Source of the DNA: Candidatus Poribacteria bacterium
GTDB lineage: Bacteria > Poribacteria > WGA-4E > WGA-3G
DNA: 64,000 bases
Assembly (NCBI GenBank): GCA_022827185.1
Contig: JAJDTM010000002.1
Coordinates: forward strand, 1,560 to 65,559
Direction of reading: 5' to 3'
Shown: piece by piece, positions 1-9,826 of the stretch
Layout: every line of letters begins with the position of its first letter
How positions within the stretch are numbered: the stretch's first letter is position 1
The notes under the pieces: model-generated
Databases searched by the model: none
Told to the model about the DNA's origin: nothing
What the model saw: only the letters and a program-made list of their open reading frames with translations
Program-made: the position numbers and the translations under genes

Positions 1-3000
1 TTGTTTGGATCGACACCTCACACCATGAGTCGAGTTGAGGTGCCTGGACAAGCATCAGAAACATCTAAAGAGCCAACCGTAGTCAACCCAACGAGCCGGG
101 AGAAAGCACTCGAAGGGATGAGCATTTTATATGGCACCAACAAAAACGCGAATACACGTATCCCACCGCCCATGCTGAACCTGTTCCAGCGAGGCGAGGC
201 TCTCACAACGGTGCCATCACAGTTTATCGTAACGTACGACGGTTTCACAGACGAAGCAATCGAAGCGTTTCAATATGCCGTCGATATTTGGAACGCACTC
301 ATCCGGTCACCCGTACCGATCCGGATTGACGCATCTTTTATAGACTTCGGTGGATTTGAGGATGGCACTGTTATTTTAGGCGGTGCGCGCCCCGCAAGCT
401 GGAAATCTTCCAGATCCTTGGATTTGTGGTTCCCAGAAGCACTCGCAGATAACGGAGCCGGTAGAGACATCACAGCTGGTGAACCCGATATTATCACACG
501 ATTCAACAGTCACGAAGACGCAAATTGGTACTTTGGGACGGATGGGAACACGCCATCCGGAAAAACGGATTTCGTGAGTACTGTGCTGCACGAGATCGCT
601 CACGGTCTGGGGTTTAGCAGTTTTGCGACTGTAGATAAGAGTTCAATGTGGAGATTTTCCGCGTCCTCTGAGGGCGGCAAACTCAGAGCACGCCGACCCA
701 AATTAGCGCAGATTTACGATTTCTTTATAGAAAATGGGGCAGGGAAAACTATTATGTCTTTTCCGGACCCATCCTACGCGCTTGAAAATCAATTCACAAG
801 TAACGACCTCTTCTGGAATGGCAAAAAAGGGGCGCAAGCAAACGGCGGTATTCTCCCGCACCTCTATGCGCCGAGTGCGTGGGCTGAAGGTTCAAGTTAT
901 ACCCACTTAGATGAGATAACTTTTCCAGCTGGCACCGCGAATTCTCTAATGACCGCATATCTTGACAACCAAGAAGCGATTCACACCCCCGGGCCCATTG
1001 CGCTCGGTATGCTTGAAGATATGGGATGGACAATCAACAAACCACCCGTGTTCACCGACGGCTCCACTACCACCCGCACAGTCGTGAACGGAAGTGTCGG
1101 GAAACCAGTGGCAGCGACAGATGCCGACAATGACCCACTCACCTATCATCTCAGCGGCACAGATGCAGCAGCTTTTGACATTGATGGCACAACTGGACAA
1201 TTGAAGACCAAGGCAGCACATAATTACAATACCCAGACAGCCTATACGGTAACTGTCACCGTTTCCGATGGGAGCCTGCTCAATGAAATCGCTGTCACTA
1301 TCAATGTGATCGGCACAGAAACTGAGACACCCACAAATAGCACACCGAGGTTCGTGGATGGCAATCACACCCAGCGCACTGTGGCGGAAAATACCGCGAA
1401 AGGCGTAAACATCGGGAACCCGATTGCAGCGACAGATGCCGATAACGATGCCCTCACTTATACCCTCGGCGGGCCCGACGCAAAATCTTTTGAAATTGAT
1501 AACACCACTGGGCAACTGAAGACCCGTGCCAACCTCGACTATGAAACAAAGGATACCTACACCGTAACGGTTACTGTCTCCGATGGTGGCTTGACGGTTA
1601 CCATCACTGTTATTATTATTATTATTGATCTGGACGATCAAGAAAGTCCAGTGCTTACGTTAGTTTCACAACCGCTAACAGAAACAACGCTGAACGGAAG
1701 CGTTGTGACACTGCGTTTGAACAACCGAGTCTATGAAAACTGGCTCAGCGATCCTGTAACAGTCTCTGGTATTCCGGGTGTAACTGTTAAACCGTTTGAT
1801 ATAACCCGTTTGAACGATACAGAATTGTCAGTTCAACTGACATTCTACGGGACAGACCTCAACACGGATGCCACGCTCACCTTCACAGTGAAAGCGGATG
1901 CTATCGCAAACTATGATGGTCCCGCACTCACCGCGACAGCAGAGGTCACCGCGAATGCGGAATCGGTGACCGCATCAACGATAACACCCTTAACGGAAGC
2001 GACACTCAATGGAAGTGCAGTTACATTGACGTTAGACGGCGGTGTTTACGAATCTCAGTATACTGTCGGAAACAGTGTGACAGTATCGGGTATTCCCGGT
2101 GTCACCGTTGACGGATTTAACGTGGAACGCCTCAGCGGGACGCAGGTGAACGTTGGACTGATATTTGATGGTACAGACTTTGACAGAGATGCCACGCTCA
2201 CCTTCACAGTTGGAGCAGATGCCATCGTAGGCTACAACGGCACGGCACTCACCGCACAATTACCCGTCAGCGCGGTCGTAGAAAAGACCCCAATAATAAC
2301 CGCTTATTATCCATCACGAGCCTTGACTGAGGCAACCCTTGATGAAAGTATCGTTACACTCACACTGTCAAGCGGGATGTATACGCAATCCAGTGCCGAC
2401 ATCAGTCGTGCTGTGACAGTCTCCGGTATCGCAGGTGTTACGTTTCTCCAGTCCGATGTCGTGCGCGTCAGTGATACAAAAGTGACTGTTAAACTGACAT
2501 TTGACGGTACAGACTTTGACACGGATGCCACGCTCACCTTCACACTCAGCGCAGATGCCATCACGAACTATGACGGCCCCGCACTTATCACTACAGTACT
2601 TGTCTCCGCCGTGGTCGAAGAAAGGCCTACAATCACGGCTTCGGCGACGCAACCTTTGACGGAGGCAACCCTCAATGGCAGTATTATCCGTCTAACGCTC
2701 AACAACAGCACTTACGTCCGATCTAACTTCGATATTGATAATGCTGTGACTGTATCGGGTATTGCAGGCGTTACTGTTGGATTTTTTGGAGTGGAACGTG
2801 TGAGCGACACGGTCATCATCTTTGAACTTGAATTCAATGGTAACCTTGACACCAACACCACGCTCATTTTCACAGTGGGTGCGGATGCTATTGTTGAATA
2901 CGACGGTCCCGCACTCATCGCACAAATAATTGTTAACGGGGGGCAGGAATCGGTTGTCGCATCAACTGAGACCCCGTTGACAGAAACTACGCTGAACGGA

Positions 3001-5145
3001 AGTGTCGTTACACTGACACTCAACGGGGCAATTTATGAACGATCTACCTTTGATCTCAGGGATGCTGTTGAGGTCTCTGGTATTGACGGTGCCACTTTTC
3101 ACTGGTTTGATTTGGACCGCGTCAGTGATACGGAATTGACGGTTGAATTAACATTCAGAGGCAACATTGACACGGATGCTATCCTCACCTTTACAGTGGG
3201 TGCGGATGCTATTGCCGAATACGACGGTCCCGCACTCATCGCACAAATAACTGTCGCTGGCGGCAAGGAATCCGTGGTGGCATCAACGGAAGCACCTTTG
3301 ACAGAGGTTACGCTCGATGGCAGTGTCGTCACGCTTACGCTCAGCGGGCGTACTTACGAACGATCCAGTTTCAGAATCAGAGACGCTGTGTCGGTCTCCG
3401 GGATTGATGGCGTGACAATCCCGTGGCACGAACCCGACAGAAAAAACGACACACAGATCACCATCGAACTGGAATTCAACGGCGACTTTGACGCGGATGC
3501 GATGCTCACTTTTACGGTCAAGGCAGAGGCACTGTTGAGATATAACGGTCCTGCACTCACCGTACAAGTACCTGTTACCGGCGGGCAGGAATCCATCGCC
3601 GCATCAATAGAATCTCCGTTGACTGAGGCGACCCTGGATGGCAGCGTCGTCACGCTTACACTCAGTGGTAGAGAATATGTTCGGTCTTCTTTTACCATTG
3701 AGCGTGCTGTGACGCTATCCGGCATTGACGGCGTAACCGTAGATGATATAGATCGCAACAGTGCTACGGAGATCGCTGTCGAACTGGCATTTAACGGGGA
3801 CTTCGATGCCGATGCGATACTCACACTCAATGTTGGGGCAGATGCTATAGACGGCTATAAGGGCCCCGCATTTACCGTACAACTCCGTGTCACTGGCGGG
3901 CAAGAATCGGTGGTTGCATCAACAAAAGCACCCTTAACCGAGGCAACATTGGATGGCAGCGTCGTCACGCTTACACTCAGTGGTAGAGAATATGTTCGGT
4001 CTTCTTTTACCATTGAGCGTGCTGTGACGCTATCCGGCATTGACGGCGTGACCATAGACGATGTAGATCGCAACAGTGCTACGGAGATCGCTGTCGAACT
4101 GGCATTTAACGGGGACTTCGATGCCGATGCGATACTCACACTCAATGTTGGGGCAGATGCTATAGACGGCTATAAGGGCCCCGCATTCACCGCAGAAGTT
4201 TCTGTGAGCGGCGGGCAAGAATCGGTGATCGCATCAACGAAAGCACCCTTGACTGAAGCAACATTGGATGGCAGCATCGTCACGCTTACACTCAGCGGTC
4301 GTAAGTATGTGCGGTCTTCTTTTACCATTGAGCGTGCTGTGACGCTATCCGGGATTGACGGCGTAACCGTAGAGGATGTAGACCGCAACAGTGCTACGGA
4401 GATCGCTGTCGAACTGGCATTTAACGGGGACTTCGATGCCGATGCGACACTCACACTCAATGTTGGGGCAGATGCTATAGACGGCTATAAGGGCCCCGCA
4501 TTTACCGTACAACTCCGTGTCACTGGCGGGCAAGAATCGGTGGTTGCATCAACAAAAGTGCCCTTGACTGAAGCGACATTGGATGAGAGCGTTGTCACCC
4601 TCACACTCAACGGCAGGAAGTATGAACGCTGGAATTCTACAATCAGAAGGGCTGTGTCAATCTCTGGTATTACAGGTGTTACCGTCCGGAGTTTTGATAT
4701 AGACCGTGAGAGCGATACGGAAGTCACCGTCGAGTTGACCTTCAACGGCAATATGAACACTGATAGCACACTCACATTCACCGTAGGTGCCGGTGCAATT
4801 GCAGGATACAACGGTCCGGCACTCACGGCGCAAATAACTGTTACTGCTGATAGAGAGAACGCGCTTTTAGCAAACTTCCCGAATCCGTTTAATCCTGAAA
4901 CATGGATTCCATATCAACTCGCGAAATCCACAGAGGTCACCATCACTATCTATGCAGTGAACGGACAGGTGGTTCGGACATTGGCACTCGGGCATCAATC
5001 TGCGGGGATGTATCAGAGTCGTTCCCGTGCGGCATATTGGGATGGCAGAAATGCGTTCGGTGAACCTGTGGCAAGTGGGGTCTATTTCTATACGCTCACC
5101 GCAGGCGATTTCACCGCTACACGAAAAATGTTAATACGGAAATAG
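1..5145 (+). CDS. 5'-partial giant secreted protein: zincin-like metalloprotease domain, two cadherin-like domains, about ten tandem roughly 105-aa repeats and a T9SS-type C-terminal sorting domain
   Basis: ORF runs off the window start. The HEIAHGLGF zinc-binding motif is at about nt 590. Cadherin-like signature (ATDADNDxLTY...TVTVxVSDG) occurs twice between 1080 and 1600. A roughly 315-nt repeat period runs from about 1650 to 4850. The C-terminus NFPNPFNPETWIPYQL...VYFYTLTAGDFTATRKMLIRK matches the Por_Secre_tail/T9SS CTD pattern. Confidence 0.8.
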   Translation: MFGSTPHTMSRVEVPGQASETSKEPTVVNPTSREKALEGMSILYGTNKNANTRIPPPMLNLFQRGEALTTVPSQFIVTYDGFTDEAIEAFQYAVDIWNALIRSPVPIRIDASFIDFGGFEDGTVILGGARPASWKSSRSLDLWFPEALADNGAGRDITAGEPDIITRFNSHEDANWYFGTDGNTPSGKTDFVSTVLHEIAHGLGFSSFATVDKSSMWRFSASSEGGKLRARRPKLAQIYDFFIENGAGKTIMSFPDPSYALENQFTSNDLFWNGKKGAQANGGILPHLYAPSAWAEGSSYTHLDEITFPAGTANSLMTAYLDNQEAIHTPGPIALGMLEDMGWTINKPPVFTDGSTTTRTVVNGSVGKPVAATDADNDPLTYHLSGTDAAAFDIDGTTGQLKTKAAHNYNTQTAYTVTVTVSDGSLLNEIAVTINVIGTETETPTNSTPRFVDGNHTQRTVAENTAKGVNIGNPIAATDADNDALTYTLGGPDAKSFEIDNTTGQLKTRANLDYETKDTYTVTVTVSDGGLTVTITVIIIIIDLDDQESPVLTLVSQPLTETTLNGSVVTLRLNNRVYENWLSDPVTVSGIPGVTVKPFDITRLNDTELSVQLTFYGTDLNTDATLTFTVKADAIANYDGPALTATAEVTANAESVTASTITPLTEATLNGSAVTLTLDGGVYESQYTVGNSVTVSGIPGVTVDGFNVERLSGTQVNVGLIFDGTDFDRDATLTFTVGADAIVGYNGTALTAQLPVSAVVEKTPIITAYYPSRALTEATLDESIVTLTLSSGMYTQSSADISRAVTVSGIAGVTFLQSDVVRVSDTKVTVKLTFDGTDFDTDATLTFTLSADAITNYDGPALITTVLVSAVVEERPTITASATQPLTEATLNGSIIRLTLNNSTYVRSNFDIDNAVTVSGIAGVTVGFFGVERVSDTVIIFELEFNGNLDTNTTLIFTVGADAIVEYDGPALIAQIIVNGGQESVVASTETPLTETTLNGSVVTLTLNGAIYERSTFDLRDAVEVSGIDGATFHWFDLDRVSDTELTVELTFRGNIDTDAILTFTVGADAIAEYDGPALIAQITVAGGKESVVASTEAPLTEVTLDGSVVTLTLSGRTYERSSFRIRDAVSVSGIDGVTIPWHEPDRKNDTQITIELEFNGDFDADAMLTFTVKAEALLRYNGPALTVQVPVTGGQESIAASIESPLTEATLDGSVVTLTLSGREYVRSSFTIERAVTLSGIDGVTVDDIDRNSATEIAVELAFNGDFDADAILTLNVGADAIDGYKGPAFTVQLRVTGGQESVVASTKAPLTEATLDGSVVTLTLSGREYVRSSFTIERAVTLSGIDGVTIDDVDRNSATEIAVELAFNGDFDADAILTLNVGADAIDGYKGPAFTAEVSVSGGQESVIASTKAPLTEATLDGSIVTLTLSGRKYVRSSFTIERAVTLSGIDGVTVEDVDRNSATEIAVELAFNGDFDADATLTLNVGADAIDGYKGPAFTVQLRVTGGQESVVASTKVPLTEATLDESVVTLTLNGRKYERWNSTIRRAVSISGITGVTVRSFDIDRESDTEVTVELTFNGNMNTDSTLTFTVGAGAIAGYNGPALTAQITVTADRENALLANFPNPFNPETWIPYQLAKSTEVTITIYAVNGQVVRTLALGHQSAGMYQSRSRAAYWDGRNAFGEPVASGVYFYTLTAGDFTATRKMLIRK
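1650..4850 (+). repeat. Coding tandem repeats of 315 bp (about 105 aa) unit; the three units at 3636-3950, 3951-4265 and 4266-4580 are nearly identical at DNA level
   Basis: The string ggatggcagcgtcgtcacgcttacactcag recurs at 3636, 3951 and 4266, exactly 315 nt apart. Minus-strand shadow ORFs also recur with 315-nt spacing. Earlier units are more diverged. Confidence 0.75.
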
Positions 5146-5328
5146 TTACCAGTTATCAGTTATCAGTTTTCAGTTAACTTCTTGTGGTGTTTTTGCTTGG
5201 GTATTTCTGCGTATTACTTTTTTGGTTACTACCACAGTATACCTCTTTAACTCTCACTGCGAGGCACACTGAAAGGATTTTTGAAAAAAATCCGTACTGA
5301 CAACTGACAACTACTATAAAAGGAGTTT

Positions 5329-5964
5329 ATGATGAAAACGTTGGTTGTCAATAGAAACAAAATTGTGTCACTCTTAGCGATGTTTACTTTTCTTGTCTTA
5401 ACCACAGTGCCTGCTTCAGCAGCTGAATTTGAGATAGGCACACACTTCGGGATTTCCCACCTCATTCCGGATAGTGATGATGACTTCTCCACAAGTCTCA
5501 CCTATACTCGGTTACCATCAGGCACATTTTTTGATGTAGGCTCTGCTCCGACTTCACTATACGCTACGTGGTTTCCGAGTCAACAGTTTGCTATCGGACC
5601 GGAATTTAGTCTTGGCAGAACATCAGTTTCTGCGGCGTATGGGGGCGAGAGCGAGACGGAGAGTGTAACGATATTCCATCTTGGCGGGCGGGCATCATAC
5701 TTCCTGCTCAGCCACGCAGTGTCTTCACCTTACATCTTAGGACGGGTTTCTCAGACCATATTTAGCGGTAGCGAATCGTCCTTTTTTGACGACGGGCAAA
5801 CCCTGACGAGTTTCGGGGTCGGTTTCGGGTATCAGTGGCGTATAGATGCTGCTTTTGTGCTGCGCGTAGAAGGGCAGTATCAGCGACTCTTCATTTCGGA
5901 TGAAGAGGATGACGCGAATGAGTTCTCACTGATAATCGGGATTGGCACTCGGTTCGGGAAGTAA
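5329..5964 (+). CDS. Small outer-membrane beta-barrel-like protein with signal peptide (OmpA-like or OmpW-like fold)
   Basis: N-terminal signal peptide ending ...TVPASAAEF. Alternating hydrophobic pattern. C-terminal ...GIGTRFGK typical of small OM barrels. A Shine-Dalgarno-like aaggag lies upstream. Confidence 0.45.
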   Translation: MMKTLVVNRNKIVSLLAMFTFLVLTTVPASAAEFEIGTHFGISHLIPDSDDDFSTSLTYTRLPSGTFFDVGSAPTSLYATWFPSQQFAIGPEFSLGRTSVSAAYGGESETESVTIFHLGGRASYFLLSHAVSSPYILGRVSQTIFSGSESSFFDDGQTLTSFGVGFGYQWRIDAAFVLRVEGQYQRLFISDEEDDANEFSLIIGIGTRFGK

Positions 5965-6060
5965 TTATAGTTATGGACTGTCCAGGGGTTGAATGCAGTG
6001 AACCCAAAAAATAGTGGTAGGACGAGGTTCCTGTGCCTCGCCCTTCTACAATATACACGT

Positions 6061-8769
6061 TTACATCGAAATCCCTAATAATCCGCGCGTCAACTGAAAA
6101 TCCGTATTCCCTTTGTCGTGGAGCTTCGGCGTATACTGCCGCGATGCCACCTCTACAATTAACGCTAACAACTTCTCAACATTAGCAGTCTCTAAATCCA
6201 GATCCGCGCCGTAGGTGGATTGCGTTGCGGCATCTGTGGAGACCTGAATGAGTGGCACCATTACATGCGATTGTAAGGGGGCACCGACGATGTGAGCGAG
6301 TGCCAGATCCACACCTGCTGCGCCGAGTCCTGTCAACGTTTCTGTCGGTTGGTCTGTGGGAGTTTCCATGATGTGGAAACCGGCTTTTTCGACGCGCTGC
6401 CCATACGCTAAGGATGGTGGACGGCACGACGGAGCGTGCCTACTACCTTGCACGAATGTCGCGTTTTCAGGCACGATAATTGTTCCACCCGCAGTGGTGA
6501 CTCTGTAGATTAATTGTGTTAGGGATTGAGAGACTTCCTCTGTTATCTCACCTGTTGATGTCACGGCTACACGGAGGTGTTCTAATCCAGCATTGACAAC
6601 CGGAACAGATGGTTTATCCGAAAGCGTTTCCGAAAACCAGTCTTGCACCTTCTCAATAACAGCATCAATCCCGCCATCCAACTGCACGCTCGCCCAACCG
6701 TAACTTTCCGGCGATATTCCCAACTTCTGAATCTCATGTCGGACGTGGTCGTTATGGGTTTTCTCACAACCGTGTTCAAGAAGCAGCCCAAGTGCGACCG
6801 TCGGATGCGTGAGGTGTCCAAGCATCGTGCGGGTATAAATCTCCTCAGAACGTCCACTGGAGACACCGCAGCCCTCTGTATGTGGCAGTGCTACAAAACG
6901 GGATATACCTTGCTTCTCGCCGATCTTCTGTTCATTGCAGCGGTGCGCAATCATCTCCGCAATCTGCCCAGAACAGAGGCTTGTCGGTAAGATGAGTCCG
7001 ACCTGATCCGTGCGGTAACCCGCTTCCGTTTGGAGCGCACGGAAAACCTCCAGACCTGGTAGGTGCGGTTTCCTAACCGCACCTACTCCCAAGGTCTCAA
7101 TCGGAATGGGTTCGCCGGATTTCAACTCGGATGCTGTTAACAACGGGTCTAAATCCACGGGACCCGTCTGCTTCCAATCGCGCCACAGCGAGACTTGCGA
7201 ATGCCCCGCTTTCTCACCGACTGAACGTTCACCGGACGCGACATCCACCGTCAGATCCAACATTGACTCACCGAGTTCTTCCATCGGTGTGCCGTCAAGA
7301 TACGCACCGGCGTTCACGTCCATATCCTTGGTGAGCATCTCATAACGTCCTGTCGTCGTGACAATCTTGATCGTCGGCACGAACGGGAAATTCGTGATAG
7401 AGCCGTTGCCTGTCACAAAGAAGATCATGTTGGAACCGGATGCCACCTGCCCTGCGATACTCTCTAAATCGTTGCCTGGACTGTCCATGAAATAGTAACC
7501 AGGGTTCTCCATGCGTTCACTGTAATTGATGACATAATCCAGACAAACATCCGGATGCCGTTTCATTGCCGCACCGATTGATTTAATGGCGATATTATAG
7601 AGACCGCGGAAGTTGTTACCGCCAGAAGGGTTTCCTTCTGCGGAGTGTCCATGCCACGAGACGCGTTCCTTAAACCGTTCAATCGTATTGAGGAACGTGC
7701 GCGCTGTCGGCAGGTCCCGGACGTTCTGAAGCACGTAAGCCTCTGAACCGATCAGTTCATCGGTTTCCGCGAGGTTGGCGCAACCACCGTAACGGATGAC
7801 CTCTTTTGCTACATAGGCAGCGAGCGGATTGCCTGATACTCCAGAGAACGCGTCGGAGCCGCCACACTGCAAGGCGATTTTTAGATACGTCAGAGATTCT
7901 TCAGTGCGTGGCACACTATTCACACTTTCCAACCATCCGTTAATAATTTCTACGCCGTTGGCTAAATCGGTGTCAAACCCCTCTTGTAGCCGATAGAAAC
8001 GGTGGACGACATCATCTAAAGCGTAGCCTTCGCGTAACATATATGCCTTGAGCATATCGTTCGTAACCGCTTCGGTGCCGTAGTCAACGAGCAGTATCGC
8101 ACCGATATTTGGATGGACAGTAAAACCGGCGAGCGTTCGGAGCAACATATCAATGTTATTGGGTGTCTGGCTTTCACCGCCCTCTGTATGCGTTACGGCG
8201 ACAACTCCGTCTATATTCGGAAATGTATCGGGGTTACAAACCTCTCCTACAGAACACATCTCTGCAAGTCTCCTTGCGAAACCGGAGGTACGTGAAGTCG
8301 TTCCCATGACGACGATATAGTTCCGCGTACCAACGCCACGGTTACCCGGACGTTGGTAGCCAAGGAAGGAACGCGGGGTCGTGTGCCGTGGCGCCTGCTC
8401 TCCAGGGTGGAATTCTGTTTCGTTCAGTACATAGGGCACCATCTTGTCGCTGAAGTTAGGTGTTTCTGGCAATTCAAAGGGCAGATGCCTAATGGACAAC
8501 GAATCAATCATCTTCTGATTGCACACATAGTCGCCGGGGGCAATGGAACGTATTGCATAACCGAAGGGTAATCCCCAGGACAACAAGGGTGCTGCTTCTG
8601 AAATCGACGCAATGGCGAAGCGATGTCCTTCTAAAATGGTATGCGATAGTTGAAACTGCGCTCCATTATAGCGTATGTGAGTGCCGCCTTCTAATGTCTG
8701 CGTGGCAATAGCGACGTTATCATTCGGTGAAGGAAGCCGCGCGACAGAGGTAAGATCAAAATCCATCAA
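6061..8769 (-). CDS. UxaA/GarD-family altronate/galactarate dehydratase with an extra partial duplicated UxaA-like region (902 aa)
   Basis: N-terminal SAF domain (NDNVAIATQTLEGG). The first roughly 520 aa align along E. coli UxaA from memory (GVGTRNYIVV, HTEGG, CGGSD..GNP, PTIKI). Residues about 560-800 repeat the central UxaA motifs (ILPTSLCS, ALPHTEGCG). A REP-like palindrome is embedded in-frame near the 3' end. Confidence 0.6.
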   Translation of the reverse strand: MMDFDLTSVARLPSPNDNVAIATQTLEGGTHIRYNGAQFQLSHTILEGHRFAIASISEAAPLLSWGLPFGYAIRSIAPGDYVCNQKMIDSLSIRHLPFELPETPNFSDKMVPYVLNETEFHPGEQAPRHTTPRSFLGYQRPGNRGVGTRNYIVVMGTTSRTSGFARRLAEMCSVGEVCNPDTFPNIDGVVAVTHTEGGESQTPNNIDMLLRTLAGFTVHPNIGAILLVDYGTEAVTNDMLKAYMLREGYALDDVVHRFYRLQEGFDTDLANGVEIINGWLESVNSVPRTEESLTYLKIALQCGGSDAFSGVSGNPLAAYVAKEVIRYGGCANLAETDELIGSEAYVLQNVRDLPTARTFLNTIERFKERVSWHGHSAEGNPSGGNNFRGLYNIAIKSIGAAMKRHPDVCLDYVINYSERMENPGYYFMDSPGNDLESIAGQVASGSNMIFFVTGNGSITNFPFVPTIKIVTTTGRYEMLTKDMDVNAGAYLDGTPMEELGESMLDLTVDVASGERSVGEKAGHSQVSLWRDWKQTGPVDLDPLLTASELKSGEPIPIETLGVGAVRKPHLPGLEVFRALQTEAGYRTDQVGLILPTSLCSGQIAEMIAHRCNEQKIGEKQGISRFVALPHTEGCGVSSGRSEEIYTRTMLGHLTHPTVALGLLLEHGCEKTHNDHVRHEIQKLGISPESYGWASVQLDGGIDAVIEKVQDWFSETLSDKPSVPVVNAGLEHLRVAVTSTGEITEEVSQSLTQLIYRVTTAGGTIIVPENATFVQGSRHAPSCRPPSLAYGQRVEKAGFHIMETPTDQPTETLTGLGAAGVDLALAHIVGAPLQSHVMVPLIQVSTDAATQSTYGADLDLETANVEKLLALIVEVASRQYTPKLHDKGNTDFQLTRGLLGISM
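6423..6447 (-). repeat. REP-like palindromic element copy (acggcacgacggagcgtgcctactac) lying in-frame inside the UxaA-like ORF
   Basis: Same hairpin family (GGCACG-n6-CGTGCC followed by CTACTAC) as the copies at 14844-14908, 15580-15604 and 38004-38062. It translates as GSRHAPSCRPPS within the ORF. Confidence 0.6.
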
Positions 8770-8804
8770 GTTTTCTCCTTTTGCACTGTGGGGGTACCAA
8801 AGAA

Positions 8805-9386
8805 TTAATGGCGGTAAATGCTGACTTCAATCGCGTCCTGTTTCACCCACGGCAGATCGATATCAAACCAGTGCGTTTCAGATTCATAACGTTCGCGGAC
8901 GTGTCCGAGATAATCCGCCATCGCATCAGCTCCGATACCGACGTTATCTGCCACAACGGTTGCAGGATCCGTCAGTCGCGATTCAATTGCCTGAAAGCAC
9001 GGAAAATAGTTGCTGAAGTTGTTATCAAGGAGTAGAAAATCGACAGGGTCTTGGATGCTTTTGAGTACCTCTTGTGCATCACCGAGGCGTGAATCGACGA
9101 GGTCCGCCATGCCAGCACTTTCAAAGTTTGCGCGTGCCTGCGTCGCTCGGTCAGCGTCTATTTCGATTGTTATCAAGCGTCCAACTCCAGCATCTCTTAG
9201 CACGCGTAACATCCAAAGCCCAGAGTAACCGATAGCCGTGCCACATTCAACAATCAAAGACGGTTTCGCTTTCTCAACGCAGGCGGCGAGAAATTTTGCC
9301 TTTTCTTCGCCTAACATCGGGATACTCTCTGCCTTACACTGTGCTTCGACCTCTTGTAAAACCTGATCAAACATACGAGCCTCCAT
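8805..9386 (-). CDS. Class I SAM-dependent O-methyltransferase (caffeoyl-CoA OMT family 3-like)
   Basis: LIVECGTAIGYSGLWM SAM-binding motif, ITIEIDADRA and DFLLLD motifs typical of family-3 OMTs. Confidence 0.65.
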   Translation of the reverse strand: MEARMFDQVLQEVEAQCKAESIPMLGEEKAKFLAACVEKAKPSLIVECGTAIGYSGLWMLRVLRDAGVGRLITIEIDADRATQARANFESAGMADLVDSRLGDAQEVLKSIQDPVDFLLLDNNFSNYFPCFQAIESRLTDPATVVADNVGIGADAMADYLGHVRERYESETHWFDIDLPWVKQDAIEVSIYRH

Positions 9387-9826
9387 CGGAACGCGGGTGT
9401 CCCGTGCTGAATTTAATGTCTGCTAACAGTTATGGTAAATGTTTATTATTGCGTATAATGTTCTGTTAGATAATCATACACGCGAACCTGTTTTGAGGTC
9501 AAGGGTGTTTCCGATATATCAGGGGTATTCAGTTTTACATATTCACTATAATGGATATGTCCTCCTCTGTAGGAGCGAGCTGTGCTCGCGATCTTGCGAA
9601 AAAACGTTAACTTATGTCAACCAAAACCGGAACCGGAAACTAAATAGCCCTGCGATATATGGTATGCTTAGTAATATCCGCGAAAATTTGAGGGAAGATT
9701 GTGTATAACTCTGATTTTTCTGGAAATTATGCCCTCTTTTCGTCTATAATATTGTATCGTTAAGAATTAGAATTTCCATTTGATGGGTAAATTTTAGGAA
9801 TTATTGTTCTTGGAGGTAATAGACAC

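Noticed and set aside
946-1641. 231-aa minus-strand ORF inside the giant first gene, along with the many similar 60-160-aa antisense ORFs at 2032-4826.
   Set aside because: They are antisense shadows of a strongly coding, repeat-rich plus-strand gene. Their periodicity simply mirrors the 315-nt repeats, and they have no start context.
1650-4850. Regularly spaced repeats, considered as a possible CRISPR array.
   Set aside because: Repeat unit is 315 bp with no spacers and is in-frame coding sequence for a protein domain. It is not a short repeat-spacer array, and there are no cas genes in the window.
5146-5328. cagttatcagttatcagttttcagtt heptamer repeats after the first gene.
   Set aside because: Short low-complexity direct repeat in an intergenic region. 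No hairpin and no recurrence elsewhere, so probably insignificant.
9439-9708. 89-aa ORF in the AT-rich 440-bp gap upstream of the 9827 gene.
   Set aside because: Lies in a promoter-like AT-rich region with several TATAAT boxes. No RBS, odd composition, and it overlaps a probable regulatory region.
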